Assembly (NCBI RefSeq): GCF_006345805.1
Contig: NC_042998.1
Span: 193,316,001-193,380,000, forward strand
Source of the DNA: Octopus sinensis
Taxonomy: Eukaryota
Length of the DNA: 64,000 nucleotides
Direction of reading: 5' to 3'
Shown here: positions 26,650 to 40,025 of the stretch, piece by piece
Layout of the letters: each line of letters begins with the position of its first letter
Numbering within the stretch: the first letter of the stretch is position 1
The notes under the pieces: generated by a model
What the model was told of the DNA's origin: nothing
Database searches by the model: none
What the model saw: the letters and a program-made list of their open reading frames with translations, nothing else
Position numbers and translations under genes: made by a program

Positions 26650-27145
26650 AAGATCAAGAGAGAAGGTGGAGATGAGATTAATGAACGTTCATTACTACAT
26701 TGACAAGACCAGACCTAGAACTGTATCTAGTCATCACTTAATTCAACTGAATCAATTTAGTTAATTACTGCAAGTGAGGATATCTTTAGGGATGGACGTA
26801 CAAAGATATTTATCATATTGAAAACATAAGTAAAACATTAAAAAGGAACAATACAGTGTACTATTGAAGTTTAAAGTATATACTTTAATAAAAGTAGATA
26901 AAGTTGTAAAAAAAATAAAGTATAGTCATAAATTACTATAAATAACAATAGTGTATTTTCTGTACATCTATCAGTACATACTTCTCTGAAGATATTCTCA
27001 CTTGTGGTAATTAACTAAATTGATTTAGTTAAATTAAATATGGTTGATTTTATACCGCAGTTGATGAAATGAAACAAATGTAATTCTGGTCTTGTCAATG
27101 TATTAATAAACTTATATTAATCTTATCTCCATCTCTTTTGTTTTT
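26650..27145. mobile_element. Old fold-back/MITE-like element
   Basis: ~26650-26810 is an imperfect inverted copy of ~26960-27145 (shared TACATTGACAAGACCAGA and AATCAATTTAGTTAATTAC..CAAGTGAG.ATATCT). Confidence 0.55.
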
Positions 27146-29136
27146 TAAATATTAATAATATATATGTACGTGCCTATATTGTTAGGTATTCAACCAGTCT
27201 AATCTTAGGTATTTTTATCCCTCTGAGTTTTATGTCTTCACCTATAGCTTAAACATATATATACAACTTATAAACAAGGGCAAAAGAAAAAAAATTCAAT
27301 GCCAAATATGCCGAAATAGACTTAATCGTCAATAACCATATAATTTATCACTATGACCACGCGTCTCGAAAGCAAGCCGATAGAAATTTCTAAAAACAAT
27401 TTCGCTATTATCGGATCGGTCCCAATTTTGGAGTTAATTCATTTAGAATTTTCTCGTCATCAGCGATAAATACGATAATAAAATAAATGAGATACTTACT
27501 TGTACCCATGGAAGAAGTAAACACTAAGTGATAAGCACACTTAAGTACCCCAAATATATCCAAAATAGAAATTCCACGTGAGAATTTTCAGTCCGGACTC
27601 TCTCACTATATATATATATATATATGAATGTGTGTGTGTGTGTTTGTGTGTGTATTACAAAACTGCTGACTTTATACAACTGTTTCAATTAAATACTTAA
27701 ATAACTGTATGGTCCGCAGAGAAGCCCCAAGTAAAGTTATCGTTCTGTACCAGCTACACACCAGTCAACTTTTAAAGAGATGCGTCTTCTAAGATTGAAG
27801 ATACATCCAACATTTAGTTCTGACAATCTAGATGTTCCTCAGTGTCTATGTATATCATATTTTCTCCGTTCTGTTCGTATATAATGACCTCCCCATTGTT
27901 AACAACTATATAATAACATAGCTAAGTGAGCTATACGAAGTCTGAAATCCTTGAAAACCAAACAATTCTACGAAGCATTTCTCACATAACTAGGATTGCG
28001 CAGTTGCATGGTTGGGACAAGACGGAAAACTCCACAAAATAAATATATAGGAAATTATAAGCTCCGTTCATAAATATTGCAACGAAAATCGGTTGCATGT
28101 AATTTTTCTTTATTCTCTTAATTGCCAAAAAATGAATAAATAACTGTGCGGATATTTCTGGGTCATAAAGCAATAATAATTGCACAGAAGGCAAACATAA
28201 AATTCTTGATATTAATTTGCGCCACTTTATCTACTATGGACATCGTGCATAGATGTTTTTCATGTTTGCTTTCGAGTCTATTTGATAATCTGTGTTATAT
28301 AGTGGTGTTCACAGGGAAATGGTTGTTGTATGAAAAGTCAGTTTAAGGAACATACTTACTGATAGAAAATGTCTTTAAAATAAGACCGGGCACAATTTAA
28401 AGTTAGAAACAAAGAGAATGTGAGGGACTCCTCGGTGTCGAGTAAATGCTGCCAAGAGAAAAAGAAAGAGAATGTAGATTTTTCACGTGTTTTATTGCAA
28501 AGTTTAACACCAGAGACGACTTGTTTCTGGTTCGTCAGAACGAACGCGACAAAAGGGTCGAAACACTGCCGCTACAAATAAATCGAAACGTCAAAACAAA
28601 CGAGTAATGCTGCTGTTTGGAGTGACGTTGATATTTATTTAACTATACTGTGGTACCTACCACCTATTTACAGCCACCTAGACTGGACAATCTAAAATAT
28701 TGCCTGTTTTAACCACAGACAGTCTAGCTCAGATGCTAAGGTATCCAAACTTTCTGTCTCTCAGCAAGTTATCCAGCATCATGCCTACTCGGCTTTCTAG
28801 TTTTAATAAATAATTGTCTGCCATTATTACATTTACTACCACTATCAACGAACCGATGAAAGTGTCTATGTTGATGTTCAGTCTGCTAGATACAGCAGCT
28901 ATTTTTCTCAAATCGCACGCTATTTTATTGAAACAGAAAGGCCACTCTCGAGTATGCAATCCCAGATACTTTATTCCTCGGGAAACAATGATAACGACTG
29001 GAAGATTTTGATCACACGTCTTCTCGATCAGGTAGACTGAGAACGTGACGACAACATCCCACTTACACGTATTGCTAGAATTACAATGTTTTTACTACTA
29101 TCAGTACGACTTACGACGATTGCTCTTAATAATACC

Positions 29137-29369
29137 TATTTCTTTACTACCCACAAGGGGCTAAACACAGAGAGGACAAACAAAGACGGACAAACGGATT
29201 AAGTCGATTATATCGACACCAGTGCGTAACTGGTACTTATTTAATCGACCCCGAAAGGATGAAAGGCAAAGTCGACCTCAGCGGAATTTGAACTCAGAAC
29301 GTAACAGCAGACGAAATACCGCTTAGCATTTCGGCCGGCGTGCTAACGATTCTGCCAGCTCGCCGCCTT
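29137..29369 (-). mobile_element. Full-length family-S SINE, tail type 1
   Basis: 11-bp TSD TTAATAATACC at 29126-29136 and 29370-29380 (GGTATTATTAA in SINE orientation). Confidence 0.9.
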
Positions 29370-29902
29370 TTAATAATACCACTACAAACACCATTAAGAC
29401 AGATGAAAAGAAAGATAATCAACGCTATAGAAGAGCAAATAATGAAATTTTAAAAAATGGTATAACTGAAATAAACGCAACATACATTTTCTTTAGAATC
29501 TGTGGGGAAAAAATAAAAGACCAAAGCAAGGATGCCGGACAGCTTCTTCCAGAAAATATGAAATATCGATATATTTAAACGAAATATATGCTGCATTGTA
29601 GCTACATTTACAATGAATGGCATTGATCGTTCTTAGCAATAGAAAGATTATGAAGCAATAATAATCGGCATGAAAATAATTCTAGTAAACGTCACAAATT
29701 TGTGGTTACATTTTACAATTGATTCATCGCAAAATATTCCAGACATATTTCTTATGTTCACCGTCAGATAAAAATAACAATGCTAACATTGACTAATGAC
29801 TATCCATTTGCATTAAAAACTTAGAAGGCTTGAAAATTGAGCCAACATTTAATTGGAATTAGATATCCTAGAATAAACGGACTTAAGGCTAAAAATTGAA
29901 CT

Positions 29903-30326
29903 GGATCTTTTCGGTTTGAACGGCAGTTTTTAACATAATTTCTAGGTAACTAAAAAATGTAAAACTTCGTATACTGGTAGAATGTGTTTATAAAACATCT
30001 TCTTCTCTTGGCTTTATTGGGAAAATTCTATAGTTTGTAAGATATTTGTTTTTTTTTTCTTCAATTTCCGCAATTTCAACCAATCAGTGGCGTCCATTGA
30101 GGTAAAAACATACTGTGCCATATGAATATGTCCCTCGTTTAAGAAATAGATTGGGTTATTTACATTTGTGAAGAAAAAATATACCCTTCCCCCACCCCTA
30201 ACTCTAACCCTAACCCTAACCCTAAAAGAGATTGAAATGCAATAGATCAATTCTAGGGTCATAATTATGGGTGACAATTTCATATGACACCGTTAGAAAA
30301 AACTGCCATTCAAACCGAAAAGATCC
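29903..30326. mobile_element. Non-autonomous element with 29-bp inverted repeats and internal (CCCTAA)n; MITE or Helentron/HINE-like
   Basis: GGATCTTTTCGGTTTGAA(C/T)GGCAGTTTTT at 29903-29931 is inverted at 30298-30326; CCCTAA run at ~30196-30223. Confidence 0.55.
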
Positions 30327-30634
30327 CAGTCCTTTGTGTCTTGAAGGATATGTTTCAAGCTTATGAAGTGATAAATGTTATACAACTCTTACTTCGTTAC
30401 GTGTGCACATTGTATGTTGTTAGTCTTTATTTCACAAAATTGTTTGTAATATTTCGTTGTCATGTCTTCAAACAATCTGAGTTCAAAATCCATCCTTCAT
30501 CATTTCAGGATCGATAGAAATAGACACCAATCATATAATGCGAGCTATTTGAACGACTGTTCTGTTCTCGAAATAAGAGTGGAATCGTTAGAATATGTTA
30601 GAAATCATACGTATGAAGGTTTGAAATATATACT

Positions 30635-31064
<430 letters not shown>

Positions 31065-31291
31065 CAAATTAGATTCATTCAAACTAGATTTTGTTTTAGT
31101 TTTTCATTTATTAGGAGCATAAAGGAAATCATTTTAGTGGACACACTGTTCCATTTATCAAATATCGAATATCATAACTGGTTGCCTAAAGAATACCGCG
31201 ACTGAGTATTGCAGCTGTAATTCGTTCAAGATTCTATCAAGTACAATGTATTCAATGAGAATTGAATGTTCATAGCGAAGATAAACACAAT

Positions 31292-31624
31292 TTGATTGTT
31301 TTCTTTTGGTTGCTTTTTTTTGCTTTAGTGTTGTTGTAGTTCATAGAATGTCTTCTGTCCCGATGACTATACCAAAGTTCCTAGGAACTGCATTGACAAT
31401 CGGTACCAAACATTTTACCAAAGATGTTCGTCTTACTTGAAGAAGGCAACACTGCATTGATTGTTTTCTTTTGGTTGCTTTTTTTTTTTTGCTTTAGTGT
31501 TGATGTAGTTCATAGAATGTCTTCTGTCCCGATGACTATATCAAAGTTCCTAGGAACTGCATTGACAATCGGTACCAAAAGTTTTAGCAAAGATGTTCGT
31601 CTTGCTTGAAGAAGGCAACACTGC
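31292..31624. repeat. Local tandem duplication, two ~166-bp copies
   Basis: TTGATTGTTTTCTTTTGG...GAAGGCAACACTGCA occurs twice head to tail with few differences. Confidence 0.85.
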
Positions 31625-32293
31625 AACCTCTTCCGAGGTACTGTTCCATCTCCAGAGAGACATTTTCTGGCAAGATTCTTGGAATGCTGCTGTCACCTGA
31701 ATAATTGGTTTTGAGGTCTTGGAATAAGATTTAACCATAAATATTTTGCATGAGTTTCTTTAGCCTTAGTCATATCTTCAAACAGTGTGAAGTTTCAAGT
31801 ACTATGGGAAAATAGAAAATACAAAATACAAAATGTCTGACCGTTAGTAAGGAGAGACACACAAATAAGAAAGAAGAAAGCAAAGGACCACTGATGAGGT
31901 CACAGAAGTGTCACGAAAGAACTCTGCCCGAAATAAGGTTAAGATTAATGTAAAAAATAAATAACACTGAAGCAAAGTAACACCAAACATATGTGTTTTT
32001 ATTGGCTAAACTGGCAAAATGACCATTCCTAAATACAACAATATGCTTTTTCGTTGTTTCACATTTATAATTTACTTACATAAAATACTCTACCACTATC
32101 CACAATTCCGGGAAATAATCATTTTTCACGCAAAATTTAAAAACAGTAAATATTGAAACAATATTCTTTTAAAATTCCTCATTTTAAAATATAGTCTTTT
32201 GAAAAATGCTAGGGAGCAGTTTCAACTGAAGAAAGAAAATATAATTTATTCCCTTATCGATTCACTTTTAAACTCGTTTACAGCTAAAGTTAT

Positions 32294-32682
32294 GTTTCTT
32301 TATTACCCACAAGGGGCTAAACATAGAGGGGACAATCAAGGACAGACAAACGGATTTAGTCGATTACATCGATCCCAGTGCGTAACTGGTACTTAATTTA
32401 TCGACCTCGAAAGGATGAAAGGCAAAGTCGACCTCGGCGGAATTTGAACTCAGAGCGTAGCGGCAGGCAAAATACCTATTTCTTTACTACCCACAAGGGG
32501 CTAAACATAGAGGAGACAAACAAGGAAAGACAAACGGATTAAGTCTATTACATCGACCTCAGTGCGTAACTGGTACTTAATTTGTCGACCCCGAAAAGAT
32601 GAAAGGCAAAGTCGACCTCGGCGGAATTTGAACTCAGAACGTAACGGAAGAGGTTCCAACGATTCTGCCAGCTCGCCGCCTT
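32294..32682 (-). mobile_element. Nested pair of family-S SINEs
   Basis: The tail of the inner copy abuts GGTATTTTGCC of the outer copy (32476/32477). 14-bp TSD ACAGCTAAAGTTAT at 32280-32293 and 32686-32699. Confidence 0.85.
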
Positions 32683-32893
32683 ATCACAGCTAAAGTTATA
32701 TTAGGTTTTGGGTTTTATGAATCGTGATGTTAATTTCTATATTTAAAAAAAATAATATATTTAGACATTATTAAATGGTCCTATTAACGAAAGCATAAAA
32801 CTTGAACATCTTAGATATACATATGCAAACTTAAACGTGAATCAATGTAAGAATAGATTATTTTCTAACTTCAATGGTATTTAAAACCTTATT

Positions 32894-32916
32894 AAGGCGG
32901 CGAGCTAGAAGAAACG
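32894..32916 (+). mobile_element. 5' head of the family-S SINE split by the Gag-only array
   Basis: AAGGCGGCGAGCTAGAAGAAACG matches the SINE start; the rest of the SINE resumes at 46801. Confidence 0.8.
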
Positions 32917-33103
32917 GCACCACTTCGTTTGACGTCGGTTGTGTTTTTTTCGGCTCCTGAAAATTCGGTAAAAAAGAACAAAAAGCGGTTGTTGTGTTGT
33001 GGAAATTCTGAACGGCGTTGACGCGGTTTCGCGTTCGCTCGTTCAGCGCGTTAAACTTTTTTCTGTTTTGGCGGCCGTTTTTCGGTCTGTCAGACAGAAG
33101 GAA

Positions 33104-34516
33104 ATGGACTATGAGTCTCTAACAGACTTGTCCACGACAGATGAGGAACTGGAACAGGCAATTGCAGTGAAGCTGATGGAGGAAAAGGCTGGAGTTTTCG
33201 AGTCTTTATCAGACTCGCCTACGTCTGAGAAGGAGCTAGAAATGGCAGCGAGGAATTTGGAAAAGAAGCTGAGTTATACTTATGCCGGTGTAACCAAGAA
33301 GGCAGAAGAGAAAGGGGTAGACTTGGCCAAGCTACCAAGTTACCAGAAACACATGAAAAAGGAAAGCGGTGAGGTGGAACTATCACCGACACCCAGGAGA
33401 AAAGAATGGTATGATAAGAGGACCATTGTTTACAGGGTGTGCGCAAACGAAAGGAGAGGGTAGAAGTTGTATCCATGGAATGGATAGAGGAAGCCTGCGA
33501 AGAACTGAGGAGGAAATAAATTTTCTGACTCGAGGATCCAAGTACGGGACCGTAGTTGTGCACTTTAAAAGTGAATCTGCAGCGGAAGATGGCAGCGAAG
33601 GCGGTGAAGTCGGAAAAGGTAACACTGTTACCTACGTATTTAAACAGGAGGATTACACGAATAAGGGTGGAGGGAGTGCCACCAAACGTGGAGGCAGAAT
33701 GGATTGTGGCGGCTGTGATCAGCGGCCACGAGGACGAAGTGGATATTCTCCATGCCTCGGTTAAGTCCGAGGGCTGGAGAGGCGTAACAGTGGAGCTGAA
33801 CGTACAGGCAGAGACCGAGGTACTGGTGGACCTGACGGAAAGCATCAGACTGGGAGAAGTGATCATGAGAGTGTGGGTGGAGGGCAGGGCTCCACGTTGT
33901 TACAAGTGTGGCCTGAGGGGTCACATAAGAGCCTTCTGCCCTCCCCCAGGGAAAGAAATGGATCCCGAACCAGAGAGAGAGAAGCAGAAGAAACCAGAGG
34001 AGAAGGAAACAGAGGAAGAGAATACACAGAAATGGAAGGAAGCTGGAAGTAAGAGGAAGAGAAGAATACGTGGAAAAGAAAATAATATGGAACTCCAATC
34101 CACCCCAAAACCACCCACCCCTCTGAGTCCACCCTATCCATGCAGACATTGAACCCACCCGCTCCCCCCCAACAAGAAAACAAAAGAAAAAAAAAGAATA
34201 CACACACACAAGAGATTGAAATCGATATCAGGCCGTACATTTGTACTATGACTGAACAGAAAGAAGTTAAAAGTCTAATGGAAGAGTATAAATGGTATGA
34301 TGTGGTGAGACTAGGTATGCTGTGATTGAAAAGAAGAACATAGGTGACTTTATGGTGATGTGTGAATGCGAGAATTGGGAGGTGAAAGATATAAGAATGA
34401 GCGATGAATTCGTGGAAAATATGGATGAGTATTTCGGAGTAAGAATGGATATGGAATTTGTTTCGTATGGCAAGGAACATTCAAGTGACTATGAAAAACA
34501 AAGGACAGGTAAGTGA
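33104..34516 (+). CDS. LINE ORF1/Gag-like protein, type A unit 1 (frameshifted in this sequence)
   Basis: MDYESLTDLS..YAGVTKK..TRIRVEGVPP..RVWVEGRAPRCYKCGLRGHIRAFC (CX2CX4HX4C)..KRKRR..MTEQKEVKSL..RTGK*. Indels are mostly in homopolymers and differ between copies. Confidence 0.75.
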
Positions 34517-34852
34517 TGCTGACGGACGGGGCCGTTGGTATCGCTTTCATTTAATCATTTTTTCGTTTAACAATTCATGTTCATAAAGTTTAATTATAAT
34601 GTTATATGTCCCCATGTTTCTTAGTGTCCCTTTCTGTGTCGCCCCTAGTGGGTAATAAAGAAATAAGAAACGTCACCACTTCGTTTGGCGTCGGTTGTGT
34701 TTTTTTCGGCTCCTGAAAATTCGGTAAAAAAGAAAAAAAGCGTGGTTGTTGTTGTGGAAACTCTGAACGGCGTTGACGCAGTTTCGCGTTTCGCTCGTTC
34801 AGCGCGTTGCACTTTTTTGGTGCGGGAGGCCGTTTTTTGGTCTGAGGCGACT

Positions 34853-36201
34853 ATGAGCCGCCTACAGCAAACGGAGGAGATGGAAGGGAGAAATTTCTCT
34901 GAAATTTCGTCATCTGAGGAGGAGTTGGCGGTGAAAAAGATGGAAGGCACCTACGCAGGTGTAACGAAGAAGTCAATGGAAAGAGAGATAGACCTGGCTA
35001 AGTTGACGGGCCTCCAGGAGTTTGTGAAGGAGAACGAGAACGGAGAGGTCGAGCTGCTGCCCTCAGTAGGGCGCGGAGACTGGTTCCATCGTAGAACCAT
35101 TAAATATAAAGTTTTTATGAATGGAGGGAGAAAGATGGAAGTAATCAATATGGAAGCAATTGAAGAGGCTCTCAAGCAGACAGGAGAGGAAATTGTGTAC
35201 ATGACAAAAGGACTACAATACGGAACCATAACGGTGCAATTTGGAAGTGAAAAGGCAGCCAGGAATGTAGCAGCCAAGGTGGTGAGTACTGAAAAGTTTT
35301 ACTTGTTACCCTCGTATCTGAATAGGCGGACAACTAGAATTAGGGTGGAAGGAATACCTCCACACCTAGAGGGCGAAGTAATAACGGCTGCGGTCATAAA
35401 AGGAAATGAAGATAAAGTGGACATCCTCCACGCCATTATGAAGTATGAAGGCGTGAGAGGTGCCACACTAGTTATGAACATTCAAACGGAGGCGGATGTT
35501 ATAGAGAGGATTACGGACAGCATAAAAACTGGAAATATTATTATGAGAGTGTGGGTGGAGGGTAGGGCGCCCAGGTGCTACAAGTGTGGCCAAAGGGGTC
35601 ACATAAGAGCCTACTGCCCTCCCCCACCAAAGGAAAAAGAAAAGGAAAGCGTTGAGGAAGCCTCAGGAGAGGAAGAAAATAAACAGAAACAAATAGAGAA
35701 AGAAACGTCAGAAGAAGAGGAGATGCAACAAGAGTGGAAAGAAGGGGGAACAAAGAGAAAAAGAAGGAAAAAGAAAAACTGTGCGAAGCCCCAACCCACC
35801 CCAAACCACCCGCACCCTCTGAATCCCATCCTTCCCCCGCAGACAGTGAACCCACCCGCTCCCCTCCATCAAGAAAACAAAAAAAAATTAACACAGACAG
35901 ACAAGAGACTGAAAGCGAACCCAGGCCGAACATTTGTATTATGACAGAACAGGAAGAGGTTAAAAGGGTAATGGAAGGGTATACATGGTGCGATTCAGGG
36001 GTGACCAGTGTGCAGTGATTGAAAAGGAGCGAATAGATGAGTTTATGAGAAGGTGCGAAAGGGAGAATGGGGAGTGGAAAGAGATGAGTCTGAGTGATGA
36101 ATCCGTGAAAAATATGGAGAATCGTTTTGAAGTGAGAATGGAGAATATCGGTTTTATTATTGGAATTGGAGTGACGGCGAAAACAAAGGACAGGTAAGTG
36201 A
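34853..36201 (+). CDS. LINE ORF1/Gag-like protein, divergent type B
   Basis: Open from ATG 34853 through CYKCGQRGHIRAYC. Single-base deletions near 35803 and 36007, relative to type A, shift the C-terminal part. 3' end placed by homology with the type A stop. Confidence 0.78.
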
Positions 36202-36231
36202 TGCTAACGGATGGGGCCTTTAGCATCGCTT
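36196..36231 (+). other. Conserved 15-bp RNA hairpin at the ORF stop / 3' UTR start (also in each A unit, e.g. 46646-46681)
   Basis: B: AAGTGATGCTAACGG-ATGGGG-CCTTTAGCATCGCTT. A: AAGTGATGCTGACGG-ACGGGG-CCGTTGGTATCGCTT. Three G-U pairs in A are Watson-Crick in B. Confidence 0.7.
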
Positions 36232-36528
36232 TCATATTATCATTTTCATGTAACAATATCCTTCATAAATTTAACTATAATGTTCTATGTCCCCATGTCT
36301 GTAATGTCCCCCTCTCGTTGGCCCCTAGTGGGTAATAAAGAAATCACCACTTCGTTTGACGTCGGTTGTGTTTTTTTCGGCTCCTGAAAATTCGGTAAAA
36401 AAGAACAAAAAGCGGTGTTGTGTTGTGGAGGTTCTGAACGGCGTTGACGCGGTTTCGCGTTTCGCTCGTTCAGCGCGTTGAACTTTTTCTGTTTTGGCGG
36501 CCGTTTTCGGTCTGTCAGACAGAAGGAA

Positions 36529-37940
36529 ATGGACTATGAGTCTAACAGACTTGTCCACGACAGATGAGGAACTGGAACAGGCAATTGCAATGAAGCTGAT
36601 GGAGGAAAAGGCTGGAGTTTTCGAGTCTTTATCAGACTCGCCTACGTCTGAGAAGGAGCTAGAAATGGCAGCGAGGAATTTGGAAAAGAAGCTGAGTTAT
36701 ACTTATGCCGGTGTAACCAAGAAGGCGGAAGAGAAAGGGGTCGACTTGGCCAAGCTACCAAGTTACCAGAAACACATGAAAAAGGAAAGCGGTGAGGTGG
36801 AACTATCACCGACACCCAGGAGAAAAGAATGGTATGATAAGAGGACCATTGTTTACAGGGTGTGCGCAAACGAAAGGAAGAGGGTAGAAGTTGTATCCAT
36901 GGAATGGATAGAGGAAGCCCTGCGAAGAACTGAGGAGGAAATAAATTTTCTGACTCGAGGATCCAAGTACGGGACCGTAGTTGTGCACTTTAAAAGTGAA
37001 TCTGCAGCGAGGAAGATGGCGGCGAAGGCGGTGAAGTCGGAAAAGGTAACACTGTTACCTACGTATTTAAACAGGAGGATTACACGAATAAGGGTGGAGG
37101 GAGTGCCACCAAACGTGGAGGCAGAATGGATTGTGGCGGCTGTGATCAGCGGCCACGAGGACGAAGTGGATATTCTCCATGCCTCGGTTAAGTCCGAGGG
37201 CTGGAGAGGCGTAACAGTGGAGCTGAACGTACAGGCAGAGACCGAGTACTGGTGGACCTGACGGAAAGCATCAGACTGGGAGAAGTGATCATGAGAGTGT
37301 GGGTGGAGGGCAGGGCTCCACGTTGTTACAAGTGTGGCCTGAGGGGTCACATAAGAGCCTTCTGCCCTCCCCCAGGGAAAGAAATGGATCCCGAACCAGA
37401 GAGAGAGAAGCAGAAACCAGAGGAGAAGAAACAGAGGAAGAGAATACACAGAAATGGAAGGAAGCTGGAAGTAAGAGGAAGAGAAGAATACGTGGAAAAG
37501 AAAATAATATGGAACTCCAATCCACCCCAAAACCACCCACGCCCTCTGAGTCCCACCCTATCCATGCAGACATTGAACCACCCGCTCCCCCCCAACAAGA
37601 AAACAAAAAAAAAAAAGAATACACACACACACAAGAGATTGAAATCGATATCAGGCCGTACATTTGTACTATGACTGAACAGAAAGAAGTTAAAAGTCTA
37701 ATGGAAGAGTATAAATGGTATGATGTTGGTGAGACTAGGTATGCTGTGATTGAAAAGAAGAACATAGGTGACTTTATGGTGATGTGTGAATGCGAGAATT
37801 GGGAGGTGAAAGATATAAGAATGAGCGATGAATTCGTGGAAAATATGGATGAGTATTTCGGAGTAAGAATGGATATGGAATTTGTTCGTATTGGCAAGGA
37901 ACATTCAAGTGACTATGAAAAACAAAGGACAGGTAAGTGA
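36529..37940 (+). CDS. ORF1/Gag-like protein, type A unit 3 (frameshifted)
   Basis: ORF-track pieces 36494-37261, 37252-37674 and 37299-37940 tile the consensus protein. Confidence 0.75.
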
Positions 37941-38279
37941 TGCTGACGGACGGGGCCGTTGGTATCGCTTTCATTTAATCATTTTTTCGTTTAACAATTC
38001 ATGTTCATAAAGTTTAATTATAATGTTATATGTCCCCATGTTTCTTAGTGTCCCTTTCTGTGTCGCCCCTAGTGGGTAATAAAGAAATAAGAAACGTCAC
38101 CACTTCGTTTGACGTCGTCGTGTTTTTTTCGCTCTGAAAATTCGGTAAAAAAGAACAAAAAGCGTGGTTTTGTTGTGGAAATTCTGAACGGCGTTGACGC
38201 GGTTTCGCGTTTCGCTCGTTCAGCGCGTTAAACTTTTTTCTGTTTTGGCGGCCGTTTTCGGTCTGTCAGACAGAAGGAA

Positions 38280-39683
38280 ATGGACTATGAGTCTCTAACA
38301 GACTTGTCCACGACAGATGAGGAACTGGAACAGGCAATTGCAGTGAAGCTGATGGAGGAAAAGGCTGGAGTTTTCGAGTCTTTATCAGACTTGTCTGAGA
38401 AGGAGCTAGAAATGGCAGCAAGGAAATTGGAAAAGAAGCTGAGTTATACTTATGCCGGTGTAACCAAGAAGGCGGAAGAGAAAGGGGTCGACTTGGCCAA
38501 GCTACCAAGTTACCAGAAACACATGAAAAAGGAAAGCGGTGAGGTGGAACTATCACCGACACCCAGGAGAAAAGAATGGTATGATAAGAGGACCATTGTT
38601 TACAGGGTGTTCGCAAACGAAAGGAAGAGGTAGAAGTTGTAACCATGGAATGGATAGAGGAAGCCCTGCGAAGAACTGAGGAGGAAATAAATTTTCTGAC
38701 TCGAGGATCCAAGTACGGGACCGTAGTTGTGCATTTTAAAAGTGAATCTGCAGCGAGGAAGATGGCGGCGAAGGCGGTGAAGTCGGAAAAGGTAACACTG
38801 TTACCTACGTATTTAAACAGGAGGATTACACGAATAAGGGTGGAGGGAGTGCCACAAACGTGGAGGCAGAATGGATTGTGGCGGCTGTGATCAGCGGCCA
38901 CGAGGACGAAGTAGATATTCTCCATGCCTCGGTTAAGTCCGAGGGCTGGAGAGGCGTAACAGTGGAGCTGAACGTACAGGCAGAGACCGAGGTACTGGTG
39001 GACCTGACGGAAAGCATCAGACTGGGAGAAGTGATCATGAGAGTGTGGGTGGAGGGCAGGGCTCCACGTTGTTACAAGTGTGGCCTGAGGGGTCACATAA
39101 GAGCCTTCTGCCCTCCCCCAGGGAAAGAAATGGATCCCGAACCAGAGAGAGAGAAGCAGAAACCAGAGGAGAAGGAAACAGAGGAAGAGAATACACAGAA
39201 ATGGAAGGAAGCTGGAAGTAAGAGGAAGAGAAGAATACGTGAAAAGAAAAAATATGGAACTCCAATCCACCCCAAAACCACCCACGCCCTCTGAGTCCCA
39301 CCCTATCCATGCAGACATTGAACCCACCCGCTCCCCCCCAACAAGAAAACAAAAGAAAAAAAAGAACACACACACAAGAGATTGAAATCGATATCAGGCC
39401 GTACATTTGTACTATGACTGAACAGAAAGAAGTTAAAAGTCTAATGGAAGAGTATAAATGGTATGATGTTGGTGAGACTAGGTATGCTGTGATTGAAAAG
39501 AAGAACATAGGTGACTTTATGGTGATGTGTGAATGCGAGAATTGGGAGGTGAAAGATATAAGAATGAGCGATGAATTCGTGGAAAATATGGATGAGTATT
39601 TCGGAGTAAGAATGGATATGGAATTTGTTCGTATTGGCAAGGAACATTCAAGTGACTATGAAAAACAAAGGACAGGTAAGTGA
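38280..39683 (+). CDS. ORF1/Gag-like protein, type A unit 4 (frameshifted)
   Basis: Pieces 38280-38633, 38645-38890, 38860-39294, 39309-39683. Confidence 0.75.
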
Positions 39684-40025
39684 TGCTGCTGACGGGGGCC
39701 GTTGGTATCGCTTTCATTTAATCATTTTTTCGTTTAACAATTCATGTTCATAAAGTTTAATTATAATGTTATATGTCCCCATGTTTCTTAGTGTCCCTTT
39801 CTGTGTCGCCCCTAGTGGGTAATAAAGAAATAAGAAACGTCACCACTTCGTTTGACGTCGGTCGTGTTTTTTTACGCTCTGTAAAATTCGGTAAAAAAAC
39901 AAAAAGCGTGTTGTTGTTGTGGAAATTCTGAACGGCGTTGACGCGGTTTCGCGTTTCGCTCGTTCAGCGCGTTAAACTTTTTTCTGTTTTGGGGCGGCCG
40001 TTTTCGGTCTGTCAGACAGAAGGAA

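Noticed and set aside
28520-28575. Hammerhead-like CTGACGA..GAAAC on the minus strand
   Set aside because: Stem II is absent and stem I is not convincing.
30196-30223. True telomere or chromosome-fusion scar
   Set aside because: Only about four units, embedded inside an inverted-repeat element.
34685-34852. N-terminal 56 codons of the 419-aa ORF
   Set aside because: Non-ATG start inside the conserved leader; the first ATG at 34853 lies at the position equivalent to the type A start region.
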